A stretch of 42,989 bases of DNA from positions 1 through 42,989 of the forward strand of contig CADCGS010000002.1 of assembly GCA_902801055.1 (NCBI GenBank). The letters run 5' to 3'. Positions 1 through 10,071 of this stretch are shown piece by piece (the first letter of the stretch is position 1; each line of letters opens with the position of its first letter). Both the position numbers and the translations under genes were made by a program. The notes under the pieces are model-generated. The model was given only the letters and a program-made list of their open reading frames with translations, was not told the DNA's origin and did no database searches. The stretch comes from an uncultured Ruminococcus sp. GTDB lineage: Bacteria > Bacillota > Clostridia > Oscillospirales > Acutalibacteraceae.

Positions 1-171
1 GCAACACCGCACAAAGACCGCCTTGCGGCTTAGCACCACATCTGCTTGCTCTTTTTCCGTCATTCTGCACAAAACTCGCTTGATAACCGTCAGGTTAACG
101 ACACTCGTTTTGCACATTCTGACGAAAAAATAGACGGCGCATCTGCGGCACTATCTTTGTGCGGTGTTGCC
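1..171. repeat. Copy 1 (about 1.5 units, possibly cut by the window edge) of a palindromic MITE/REP-like intergenic element with termini GCAACACCGCACAAAG ... CTTTGTGCGGTGTTGCC
   Basis: Bases 61-171 are the near-exact reverse complement of 15257-15369: about 68 nt identical, then 4-5 mismatches, then about 27 identical (by eye). Terminal inverted repeats lie at 1-16 and 155-171. Confidence 0.8.
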
Positions 172-290
172 CTAAACTTGCCGTTATGTTTCCCGCGGCT
201 TTTATTCAGAACGCGGGTTACAAAGCTTCCTTGTGAACGATTACGTAAATTTCCCTGTGCGGTCACGCACTGCAGGAGCACACATCAGGC
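172..290. repeat. Second repeat module, homologous in reverse orientation to 14975-15120; overlaps the 3' end of rqcH
   Basis: By-eye alignment of cctaaacttgccgtt...cgcgggttacaaagcttcctt...acgattacg...gtgcggtcacgcac with the reverse complement of 14975-15120. The second locus carries a roughly 20-nt insertion. Confidence 0.65.
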
Positions 291-1998
291 TCTTCGCATT
301 TGTGTAGATGACCTTGCCGGGCTTTGCTCCACGGGGCTTGGAAACATATTTTATTCTGGTATAATCAACCATGACCTTTCCTGCCTGCCTTGCTTTGCTG
401 TAATATGCGGCAAGCTGTGCGGCATAGAGAATTGTCCCTTCGTCCGGCTCGCGCCCGTTTGTGATGATAACAGTGTGGGAACCCGGAATATCCTTCGTGT
501 GGAACCAGATATCATTTTTTTCACAGTCTTTCAGCGTCAGCCTGTCATTTTGCCGGTTGTTCCGCCCGACAAGTATCCGGAAACCGCTTTCGGATATGAA
601 TTCTCTCGGCGGTAAAGGCTTCTCTCGCTTGGGTGATCTACCCCTTGCTTTGATATACCCCTCGTCGATCAGCTCCTGACGTATTTCATCAAGCTCCCTC
701 ACGCTCTCCGCACGGCTCAGATTGTCCATTACGGACGAAACATAATCCAGCTCGTTTCCGGCATTTTCTATCTGCTGTGTAAGTACCTGCTCTGCTGTCT
801 TTGCCTTGCGGTAATTCTTGTAATATTTCTGCGCATTGGCTGATGCGGATAATGCCGGATCAAGCTTGATCCTTATCTTTGCCATATTCTCATCATAGAA
901 ATTTTCAAGCTCACATTCCGCTGCGCCCTTTTCTATGCGATAAAGATTTGCCTGTATCAGATCGCCGCAGATGCGAAGATTTTCCCTGTCGGCACAAGCC
1001 TTCAATTCCTCACTCTGAATATACATCTTCTTTATCAGTCGGGTCGCAGTATTTGATAAAAGCTTGTTCAGATCCTCAGATTTTGACCTTAATGAATCAA
1101 TATTGTCCCTGCGGGAATAATACAGGTCAAGCAGACCGCAGAATGTTTCGGTCTCCTGCTTTGAACGACCCGAACCGTATTGCTGGATATGTTCATATGT
1201 AAAATCGACCGGTCTGCCGGACAGGTCTGTTATCAGACACGGGGTGCCGCTTATATCACGCACAGCCGCAATATCCCTTTTCAGGAAATATTAAAGTCTT
1301 GTGCGCTTTTCCTCATCAAGACTGTCGCTGAATACATCCTTTCCCCTGCCGGTAAGATATTCAAGCTCCCGGCTGATAATGGGAGAGATCCCCTGGATCA
1401 CGGAAAGCAAAGCCTTTGAAAGCGGCTTTGACCCCGGCAGTGCTTCGACCGTTCGGATTATTTCGTCAGCCTCCGTATTGAGCATACAAAGCTTTGACTG
1501 CTTCGGGGGAAGCTCATATTTTATCCCGGGGAGAACAAGTCTCTGCGAGGACATGGTCATATCCACTCGCTTGACGGCATCTATTATCAGCCCATTCTCG
1601 TCTATGAATATTATATTGCTGTATTGTCCCATTATCTCTACAGCCAGCGAAAGCCGTACACTGTCACCAAGCTCGTTTGTTCCTTCAAATTCCAGCATGA
1701 GCATACGCTCAAGCTCCTGCTGTGTGACTGCCCTGAGCCTTGCTCCGGAAAGCCGCTTGCGTAAAAGCATACACAGCATGGGCGGCACCTTCGGGTTTTC
1801 CGGTGTCGCCGTTGTTATATTTATTCTGGGGCTGCCCGCCCTTGCTGAGATCAGCAGCTTTTTGCTCCCTTCGCGTGAGCGCATACTCAATACAAGCTGA
1901 TCTCTGAATGGCTGGTATATCTTATCGACCTTGCTGCCGATAAGCTCCTGCTCCAGTTCCTTTTTTATATGTCTTAAAAAAACACCGTCAAGTGCCAT
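241..1998 (-). pseudogene. rqcH: RqcH / fibronectin-binding protein A family (NFACT-N plus DUF814), interrupted by one in-frame TAA
   Basis: ORFs 1291-1998 (N-terminus MALDGVFLRHIKKEL..., NFACT-N-like) and 241-1263 (DUF814-like ...WFHTKDIPGSHTVI...) are in the same frame. Only TAA at 1291-1293 plus 9 sense codons separate them. RBS AAGAGG lies upstream of the ATG at 1998. Confidence 0.85.
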
Positions 1999-2031
1999 AA
2001 TTAACCTCTTTCATAATAATGATAAGCCCGA

Positions 2032-2784
2032 TCAGATATATACCGCATGATCCGTATCACTTTCCGCTTTGATGAACTCTGTATCCGGGAATTGACTGCC
2101 GAGCATGGACGCAAGCTTTTCTATGATAAGATCCTCGCTGCGGAAATGTCCTGCATCAAAGACCGCAATATTATTCTCGTGTGCAAATATTATTTCGTGG
2201 TGCTTGATCTCTCCCGTGATCAATGCATCAGCTCCGCGCTGAGCTGCGGCAAATATCGAGCTGCCTCCTGCGCCGCAGGCTACAGCGACAGTTCTTATAC
2301 TGCCCCTGCGTCTCCAATATCTCAGACCCGCACAGCCGAGCTTGTTTTTTATCTCCAACGCAAGCTCATCAGCACTTATTTCTCCGGAAAGACTTCCGAC
2401 AAGCATACATTCTCCGTCCGTCCCCTCTTCGGAGGATATCCCGAGAGCCTGAGCAAGGGTATCATTCACTCCGCCGGGGGCAATATCAATATTTGTGTGG
2501 GCAGATATGACTGTGATCCCCGACGCTGCAAGACGATAGGCAGAGCTGTCTGTATCAAGTCTTTTCAGGGGAGAAAAAATCACCGGATGATGGGTCAGGA
2601 TTATTCCCGCGCCGAGAGCCGCAGCTTCATTTATCACATCGCCCGTCACATCGAGAGCGAGCAGCACCCTTTCGCTTTCCGCACTGCGGCTGCCGACAAG
2701 GATACCGACATTATCAAAGCCCATAGCCTTATCGAACGGAGCTATACTGTTTATGTAATCATATATCATTCCCGCACTGATCAT
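2032..2784 (-). CDS. Nif3-like dinuclear metal centre protein (YqfO family)
   Basis: MISAGMIYDYINSIAPFDKAMGFDNVGILVG... is a typical Nif3 N-terminus. GGAGG lies 9 nt upstream of the ATG at 2784. It follows trmK, as in the conserved Firmicutes yqfN-yqfO pair. Confidence 0.85.
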   Translation of the reverse strand: MISAGMIYDYINSIAPFDKAMGFDNVGILVGSRSAESERVLLALDVTGDVINEAAALGAGIILTHHPVIFSPLKRLDTDSSAYRLAASGITVISAHTNIDIAPGGVNDTLAQALGISSEEGTDGECMLVGSLSGEISADELALEIKNKLGCAGLRYWRRRGSIRTVAVACGAGGSSIFAAAQRGADALITGEIKHHEIIFAHENNIAVFDAGHFRSEDLIIEKLASMLGSQFPDTEFIKAESDTDHAVYI

Positions 2785-3487
2785 TATTATTTTCCTCCGA
2801 AAGAATACCGAATTTATCAATAAGCCGGGCAAGCAGCTCATATTCCGGGCTGTCACTGCCGAAGCCTTTTATTTTTTTCATAAGCTTTTCTCTTATCATA
2901 TATATATATCTTTTTGATTCCCGGGAGCGGTCATTCCCGAGCAGACCTATATAGGCAAATTCATCGCTGCATTCCCTGACCACGCCGTCATATTCACAAA
3001 GCATCACACAATAGCTTTTACCGAGCGAGATACATGCCCTTTCGCAAAGGACGGCGAATCCGTTCTCACACAGATATCGGCGTAGTGTATCAGCCTTAGT
3101 CATCGGCTGCAGGATAAGATGCTTTCCTGCGTTTCTGAGCCAGGGAGTCCTGTCAATTATCCTGACGATAAGTTCCCCGCCCATTCCGGCAATAACTATA
3201 TCATCAGCATCGTCGGGTTGTATTTTGTCCAGTCCGTCAGACAGGACAGTTTTTATTTTATCGGAAACTCCGTTTTTTTCTATATTAGCCGCTGCATTTT
3301 TAAGCGGCCCTTCACGCAGATCGGCAGCCACCGCCGAAGGCACCTTTCCGCTGCGCACAAGCCAGACGGGCAGATACGCATGGTCTGTACCGATATCTGC
3401 AACAGCCGCTCCGTCTCTTACGAACGAGGCGCACAAAGCCATTCTTTCATCAGGCTCAAACAAAACCTTCACCTCTTCCTGATCCAA
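2759..3487 (-). CDS. trmK: tRNA (adenine22-N1)-methyltransferase TrmK
   Basis: Contains VADIGTDHAYLPVWL ... IVIAGMGGELI motifs. The start is uncertain: TTG at 3487, GTG at 3472 or ATG at 3442. Confidence 0.8.
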   Translation of the reverse strand: MDQEEVKVLFEPDERMALCASFVRDGAAVADIGTDHAYLPVWLVRSGKVPSAVAADLREGPLKNAAANIEKNGVSDKIKTVLSDGLDKIQPDDADDIVIAGMGGELIVRIIDRTPWLRNAGKHLILQPMTKADTLRRYLCENGFAVLCERACISLGKSYCVMLCEYDGVVRECSDEFAYIGLLGNDRSRESKRYIYMIREKLMKKIKGFGSDSPEYELLARLIDKFGILSEENNNDQCGNDI

Positions 3488-3508
3488 GAATCAGAGCCGC
3501 AGAGTTCA

Positions 3509-3678
3509 GGCAGAACCGCACAAAGAGCGCCTTCACGCCCAGCACCGCATCTGCCGGCATTTTGCCGTCCTACTGCACAAAGCCCGCAAAAACCGATAAG
3601 GTCAACTGCGGTCATTCAGCAAGACCCGGCAAAAAGCCGACACCGCATCTGCGGTACTATTTTTTGTACGGTATTACC
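3509..3678. repeat. Copy 2 of the MITE/REP-like element (about 170 nt)
   Basis: ggcagaaccgcacaaagagcgcc...gcaccgcatctgc...ctgcacaaag...caccgcatctgcggtactattttttgtacggtattacc has the same modular layout as copy 1. Confidence 0.7.
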
Positions 3679-3705
3679 TTTATCCCCTGCGGCTCCTGAA
3701 ACGGA

Positions 3706-3909
3706 TCATTTATTACCGATATGAGCGTTGAGCTTCTCAACCAGTTCATCCGCATTCACACCATGAACCATACAAGCCTGTTCGATAGTTTCCCCTCTTG
3801 ACGCCGGGCATCCGAGACAATGCATACCGATCGACAGGAAGATAGGTGCCGTGGTCTCGTCGATATCAAGAATATCGCCGATAATTGTTTCCTTTGTGAT
3901 CTGAGCCAT
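3706..3909 (-). CDS. DUF1858 / hybrid-cluster-protein-associated redox disulfide domain protein
   Basis: MAQITKETIIGDILDIDETTAPIFLSIGMHCLGCPASRGETIEQACMVHG shows the CxxC motif typical of this family. AAGGAA RBS lies upstream of the ATG at 3909. Confidence 0.75.
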   Translation of the reverse strand: MAQITKETIIGDILDIDETTAPIFLSIGMHCLGCPASRGETIEQACMVHGVNADELVEKLNAHIGNK

Positions 3910-4036
3910 TTTTTCCATTCCTTTCTTTATTAATATACATACTATTATAATATCCGCAATGGTTTTTTTCAATACCTTTTTTCTTTTTTACCATTTCCTG
4001 GGCGGAGTGCCCAGCATGGGCACTCCGGGGAGGGAG

Positions 4037-4065
4037 TTGACTATTGAATCGGGGGATTGTATAAT
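4037..4065 (+). promoter_or_regulatory. Near-consensus sigma-70-type promoter, TTGACT-17 nt-TATAAT
   Basis: TTGACT at 4037-4042, a 17-nt spacer, TATAAT at 4060-4065. It sits about 70 nt upstream of the GGAGG/ATG at 4122/4134. Confidence 0.55.
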
Positions 4066-4133
4066 AGTTATAGTAATTTGGGGTAGTATATATTTTTTTT
4101 GCAATATTATATAAATGAAACGGAGGCAGTATT

Positions 4134-5979
4134 ATGAAACATTAGTTCTGCTGTAAAACAATAATATGTACAGCATTGTGCGCTGCAGTTGCTTCTGCTG
4201 CAGCTGTAACGGTTTTTGCCGGAAGAAATGACATTCCTCAGGAGGAACGCACAGATTATACAAAAAAACCATTCCTTCGGTATCATCGGTACCTTTACGA
4301 GCTGGGGAAATGACTCCGAAAAAGGCGAAATACCCGATATCCCGATGACAGATGCAGACGAGGACGGGGTTTTTACCGGCGTAGTATGCGGTCTCGGTGA
4401 AGGTCTGCATGAATTCAAGGTAAGAGCCGACAACAGCTGGGATGACAGCTGGGGCGAATATGAATATGCCCTTGAAAAAACTATTAACAGCCAGACAAAC
4501 TGCAGCGTTTCTGTCACATCAGAAAGCGACCTTATCGTGACATTCGATACAAGAGGAAAAAATCCCTCTACATGGCAGATCAATTCATATTCCACCGAGG
4601 AGCTTACCGTCAGCAAATACGGTCTGACCGGTACTCCGAACTCCTGGGGAGAAAATGATATTCCGATGTATGAGACTTCTCAGGGAAAATATATCGGCAT
4701 CTTCAAGGATGTGCTCGCAGGCAAACAGGAATTCAAGGTTCGTGCAACTGAGTCCTGGTCTGAAAACGGCGAGCCATGCAACTGGGGTCCCTATGATGAG
4801 GATAAGGATTGTACTCAGAATACTATCTCAAATATTTCTGTTGAGCTTGAAAATAAATCTGATATAATCGTACAGTTCAATACCCCCTCCGGCGATGATG
4901 AGGATTCTATGTGCCTGTGGCCTGTATCCTATATGATAATGTCGGACGGCAAACTCGTTTCTGCTGAATTCACCGGAAAGGAAAAGCCTCCTGTCGTTGT
5001 ACCCGAAACGGAAAGCGATTATCATGTTACCAACAGAAGCGATTATCTGTTCTTCGATAATTCCCAGACAAAATGGGATAAGGTCTGCGCGTACTGGTGG
5101 CATCCCGATTATGCCCGCACCTTCGACCTCGAAAGCAAGGATTTCGGCTGCGTAAGGGTCACTACCGAGGACGGTACAGAGGGATATATGCCTGTCGAAT
5201 TTCCCGGAACGGATATGACGAATATCCCGGGCACCGATATCTGGCAGATACGTATTCCATATAACGCACAATACATAATCTTCAACAACGGTCATTCCGA
5301 CAAGGAGGTCGAAAACGGCGCAGAAGGTTATCAGACGAAAGATCTCCCCCTCGATACTGCACTCAATGCCGGAAAGATATGGACGATCAACGTAAACGGC
5401 GGCATTGAAACCGGCCGCGGCGTGGAAAAGACAAATCACAGATATCAGATGGGCGCATGGGGCGATTATGACGGTGAGTTCATTTCCGAGGAGATCGGCA
5501 CAAAAAAGGAAGACCCCGACGATCAGAATTCCGGACAGGAAAACGATTCTCAGAAGCCGAAGAATGATCCTGAAAAACCCCAGAACGATCCCGAAAACGA
5601 TATACCCGATCAGCCCTTCATAATAGATGCTGAAAGTCAGACGGAGGTACCGGACGAAGGCTCGGGTGAAAATAATGATCAGGATAATAAGAATTCAGAT
5701 GATCCCTCAGACGACAGCGAAAGCGCCTCCGGGACTGAACCGGAAAACATACCTGATGACAAGCCGGAAGATGAACAGTCTGACGAATAAACAAACAATG
5801 TCATAAATGATAATACCAATAATGACAATGAAAACAGTTATGCAGCTGCGGGCAAAGGAGAGCCTTTATCTCCCCGGACAGGCAGCACCTTCCCGGTCGC
5901 TCTGGCTATGATATCACTTGTTTCTCTCGGGATAATTCTTTGTGCAGGCAAAAAATCTGACCCGCACAGTCATCACTGA
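4134..5979 (+). pseudogene. Sortase-anchored starch-binding surface protein: signal peptide, two CBM-like modules, a CBM25/26-like module, an acidic linker and an SPxTG sorting signal. It carries three lesions.
   Basis: GGAGG lies 7 nt before the ATG at 4134. TAG at codon 4 (4143-4145) interrupts a signal-peptide-like MKH*FCCKTIICTALCAAVASAAAVTVFA. A frame change at the A7 run (4262-4268) joins this to ORF 4216-5790. TAA at 5788-5790 is followed in frame by ...PLSPRTG, a hydrophobic stretch and KK, ending at TGA 5977-5979. Confidence 0.8.
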
Positions 5980-6008
5980 GCGATAGCTGCAATAACAGGC
6001 ACAAAAAA

Positions 6009-6048
6009 GAAGCTGCTGCATTATACAAAATGCGGCAGCTCTTATTTT
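6009..6048. terminator. Hairpin plus T-tract between convergent genes
   Basis: agctgctgca / tgcggcagct stem (one G-U pair) followed by cttatttt. Confidence 0.5.
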
Positions 6049-6490
6049 AATACATTATTTTATTTTTGATCTTACTGTATTCCTCAAAAATTTCAAGACA
6101 TTCTTCCCTGTCCAGTTCCTCGGCACGATCCATGGCGGTATTGTAAAACAGCTTATCCCGGAACCCTATTTTTTCCGTATCGGAAATATTGCATCCGTAA
6201 TATATTTTACCTATATTCGCCCAGAGTATCGCACCGAAGCACATCGGACAAGGCTCTGCAGTCGTATAAAGCTCACAGCCTGAAAGATCAAATGTATCCA
6301 GTGCTTTGCAGGCATCATGTATCGCCATGATCTCACCGTGACAGGTGGGATCTTTTTGCTTCAGCACCTCATTATGACCTTTTCCAACTATCCTCCCGCC
6401 GCATACGATAACACATCCGAAAGGCCCTCCGTGACCGGCACGTATGCCGGCTCTCGCCTGTTCAGCGGCAGCTTGCATATATTCATTCAT
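6047..6490 (-). CDS. guaD: Guanine deaminase-type CDA-fold nucleoside deaminase
   Basis: GGPFGCVIV...DPTCHGEIMAI...EPCPMCFGAILWA shows the H(A/G)E and PCxxC zinc motifs. The layout resembles B. subtilis GuaD as recalled from memory. Confidence 0.7.
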   Translation of the reverse strand: MNEYMQAAAEQARAGIRAGHGGPFGCVIVCGGRIVGKGHNEVLKQKDPTCHGEIMAIHDACKALDTFDLSGCELYTTAEPCPMCFGAILWANIGKIYYGCNISDTEKIGFRDKLFYNTAMDRAEELDREECLEIFEEYSKIKNKIMY

Positions 6491-8411
6491 ACTGAGATTC
6501 TCTTTTCTCCAAATGCAAATGTCTCAAAATCATTCTGTGGCAGAGGCTTTGCAAAGTAATATCCCCGGAACAGCTTGCATCCCATATCCGAAAGCTCGGT
6601 ATACTGCTGTACCGTCTCGACGCCCTCGGTCAGAGATACAATATTCAACTCCTCAGAAAGCTTTATGATATTCTTGATAATGGTATGAGCCTTTTCGATA
6701 TTGTCTGAATTCGCAAGGAATTTCATATCTATCTTCAGAACATCGACCGGCATATCCTTCAGGAGATTAAGCGAGGAATAACCGCTTCCGAAATCGTCCA
6801 TTTCCACGATAAATCCGGCCTTCCTTAGCTCCTCAAGCTTGCCGAATTTCTCATATGCATCGGTCATCATTACCGTTTCAGTTATTTCGACGCGAAGCTT
6901 TTTCGGGTCAATATCATATTCCTTTACAAGACCGGTTATTTCCGAAAGGATATCTATATAATAGAAATCCTTCGGGGATATATTTACTGATATGAACATA
7001 TCCTTTTCGACTACCTCATATACGCCTAAATGCACAAGCAGACGATGCTCTACATTTCCGTCCGAAACAGTAAAGTCCATAAGATCCTTTTCTATCCTTG
7101 ACCTGTCCGCTTCAAACTTTTCACAGGGCATAAGAATACCGAACGTATCCCCTACCAGTCTGCCGTATACACAATTATCGTCCACATTTTTCCTGATCCA
7201 GTCAGCAAGCTGCTGCAATGCCATATCTCCGAAAATGGAACCGAAAATATCATTGACGATCTTGAAATTCTTTACATCGACATAGACAGTATAATATGAT
7301 GTATCACTATCCCGGTAAATGACCTCTTTGATCCTTTCGTAAAGCCTTTTCTTCGTATAGAGGTCTGTCAGTGCATCATGATCCAGAGAATAAAGCTCTT
7401 TTTTGATCTCCCGCTCCTCCTCAGTCGTATCGCGGATCACAAGATTTGACCCGGCAAGATGCTTGCTGTCCTCACTCACATAATGGTTTTCAATAATATA
7501 GTATAATGCCTCGTCACCGGTGCCGATAATATATTTATCTGTCCAGTCCTGCTGGGTATATTTACGTTCACCGAACTTTTTTTGAGAGATTCGGAAACCC
7601 TTTCGATCTCTCTGCTTTTTAGCCCTAATAATTTCAATCCGGTATCATTCGCCCAGATACACTTGCCGAACTGATCGTATACGAACAGAGCCTCTGTCAA
7701 TCCCGAGGCAATATTCGACAGCATACTATCAAGCAGCCTGAGCGGGCGGTAATGCATTGAAAGATAGTAAACGAGAATTCCGAAAACACCGTAACCGACC
7801 ATCGAACGGTCTACCGGCGTACCCGAAACTATATAGAACGTCTGCCATGCTCCTATGAACAGCATCGTCAGAAGTACAATAGAATATCTCTCCCTGTAGA
7901 TCCTTGCAGACTTGATACACGCTGCAATAAAGATAAGTATTACACATGCAAATACAAAATAATCCACAACGCGGTGTATAAGCTGACCAAAATGAGGTAT
8001 CATTCTGTAATACGGCATACCCTGTATATATATTTCTTCAAGATCAAATGCATGACCGAAAACAATATTGAGCAATATCTGTATCATATCCGCCGTGAGC
8101 ATGATATACAGGATCGTCGGGCGCCGCTTACCATTGCCTATCCCCTTGCAGTAAACCGTAGTAAATCCTACAAGAGCAAACATTACAAGATCCATGCCCA
8201 GATAATATATGTAGCAGCCTATCAAAGAAAAAGTCTTGATCGTAGAAACGATAATAAAAAGATTTCCTATGATCGGCGGGATCAGTGCAATATCAAACAA
8301 TACTACGGATTTTGCTATCTTTTTATCCGACCCTAAGCATCTGAATGCACAGAACAGAAGCGCAACTATCAGTACAGCAAATGACAAGGGAAATCCTATA
8401 CGCATAAACAT
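6487..8411 (-). pseudogene. Membrane sensor, PAS, degenerate GGDEF and N-terminally truncated EAL protein, frameshifted at a homopolymer
   Basis: ORF 7476-8411 has multiple TM segments and the start of a PAS domain. After the T7 run at 7577-7583 its PAS-like sequence continues in the frame of ORF 6487-7479 (KKFGERKYTQQDWTDKYIIGTGDEALYYIIENHYVSEDSK...). The GGDEF motif reads VGDTF. EITE, DDFGSGYSS and EGVE motifs are present. Confidence 0.8.
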
Positions 8412-8519
8412 AAAAAATCACCTTGACTAAATAAAAGCAAATAAATCAATTCCTGGATATTTCTGATATCTGCCCGCAGCTTTACGTATAGTGCGGGCAA
8501 AAGCAGAATGTGTAAATCA

Positions 8520-10040
8520 TTAGCGATAGCTTCCGTTTTTCATCTTGAAGAGCATCTTCTCGGCATACATTGCCTGGTCTGCACGCTTGAATACCGTATC
8601 GACGGTATCGCCCTCAGCGTATACCGCAATACCGACAGAAGCGGCATATCTTTCCGGAGGAGGAACACGTGTATTCTGATAGCTTTTTATGAAATCCTCT
8701 CTGACCCTGCTGACAAGCTCGTCCCTGTTGCGGTAATCCTCACCCATAAGAACTACTACAAATTCATCTCCGCCTACTCTGTACAGCGGTGAATGTGTAA
8801 ACGTCCTTGTAACGATCTCACAGCTTCCATTGATATAGATATCTCCTGCCTCATGACCGAAGGTATCATTGATATATTTAAGGTTATTAAGGTCAATCAT
8901 AGCGATAGCGAATTTACCTGCGCCCTTTTCAATGCTCCTGTTAAGGTCATTGACCTTTTTAAGATAAGCGTTCTTGTTTCCGACCTGGGTCAGATCATCA
9001 CGATAAGCCTTGTCGCTGACTCTTTCAAGCTGATCCTTCTTATCCTTGTTTTCGGTCTCGACCTGTCTGAGGATATTAAGGTAGCGCTGCTTATCCTTTT
9101 CAAGCTTAGCCTTATCGTCAAGATAATCTATAAAGCTTATCTGTGTAGCACGGATAATATCATAGATATCCGTGATCTCATTTGATTTTTTGGTATAGAT
9201 GTCGATAACGCCGGCTTTGCCGTAGTGGTTGGTTTCATTCTCATCATCGGGGACATAATTCTGGGGATCGAATTTCTTTGATTCCTCGACTATTCTCCTG
9301 ACAGGCTTTGTAAATATCAGCCTGAAATATACTATTGTCAGCAAAAGCATAAAGACGGTAATGCCTATCGGAACAAAAATCGCGCAAAGAAGAATTGATG
9401 TTCTCTGGCTCATGATAGTTTCCATATCGAAATCACAGCCGACATGGCAGATGATATTTCCGTCAGCATCACATATCGGCGCATAGGCTGAGCACAGCCA
9501 TCCCCATTCTCCCGTGGTAATGGTAGGCTCGATGGTCTTTGAGGTATCTATGCCTTTAAGCTCCGGTTCTCTGTCATCAAAAAATCCGGTCTGGGTAAGG
9601 GGATTATCATAATCATCCAAAAGATACATATCATAAAGCGCGGAACTGTCTCCCAGAACGATAATATACAAATATTTGATATCTTCCATATTATCGAGAT
9701 AATTGCACATTTCCTTGCGGGTAGAGGCATATTTGTCCCACAGACCCTTTTCCTTGAGATAATTCTCGATGATGCTGTCATCTTTCTTATCGACAGCCTC
9801 GGCGCGCAGCTTCTGGAATTCCTCGGTCTCGGCGGTCTTTCGCAGCTCTGCAATATATTCCGGATCTACAAGAGATGCATAATTCTCCGCCGTATTGAAT
9901 GTCATACGCTTGATGTAATTATCTATTCTGTCAATACCGATATAGTAGGATATCAGTCCAATCGACATGGAAACGATAAATACTGCCGTTACCACAAATA
10001 TCCGTATTTTCATGCTGATCGTAAAACGCTTCTTTTTCAC
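8520..10040 (-). CDS. Membrane-anchored sensor diguanylate cyclase (intact GGDEF)
   Basis: An N-terminal TM segment, an extracellular domain and a second TM segment are followed by a C-terminal ...RVGGDEFVVVL... The likely start is GTG at 10040, with AAAGGAA upstream. Confidence 0.85.
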   Translation of the reverse strand: MKKKRFTISMKIRIFVVTAVFIVSMSIGLISYYIGIDRIDNYIKRMTFNTAENYASLVDPEYIAELRKTAETEEFQKLRAEAVDKKDDSIIENYLKEKGLWDKYASTRKEMCNYLDNMEDIKYLYIIVLGDSSALYDMYLLDDYDNPLTQTGFFDDREPELKGIDTSKTIEPTITTGEWGWLCSAYAPICDADGNIICHVGCDFDMETIMSQRTSILLCAIFVPIGITVFMLLLTIVYFRLIFTKPVRRIVEESKKFDPQNYVPDDENETNHYGKAGVIDIYTKKSNEITDIYDIIRATQISFIDYLDDKAKLEKDKQRYLNILRQVETENKDKKDQLERVSDKAYRDDLTQVGNKNAYLKKVNDLNRSIEKGAGKFAIAMIDLNNLKYINDTFGHEAGDIYINGSCEIVTRTFTHSPLYRVGGDEFVVVLMGEDYRNRDELVSRVREDFIKSYQNTRVPPPERYAASVGIAVYAEGDTVDTVFKRADQAMYAEKMLFKMKNGSYR

Positions 10041-10071
10041 CGTGAATCAGTTCCTTTCGTTATCCGTTTCA

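Noticed and set aside
4003-4027. Terminator for the DUF1858 gene or the upstream region.
   Set aside because: The hairpin lies upstream of, not downstream of, the minus-strand gene start. It lacks a U-tract on either strand.
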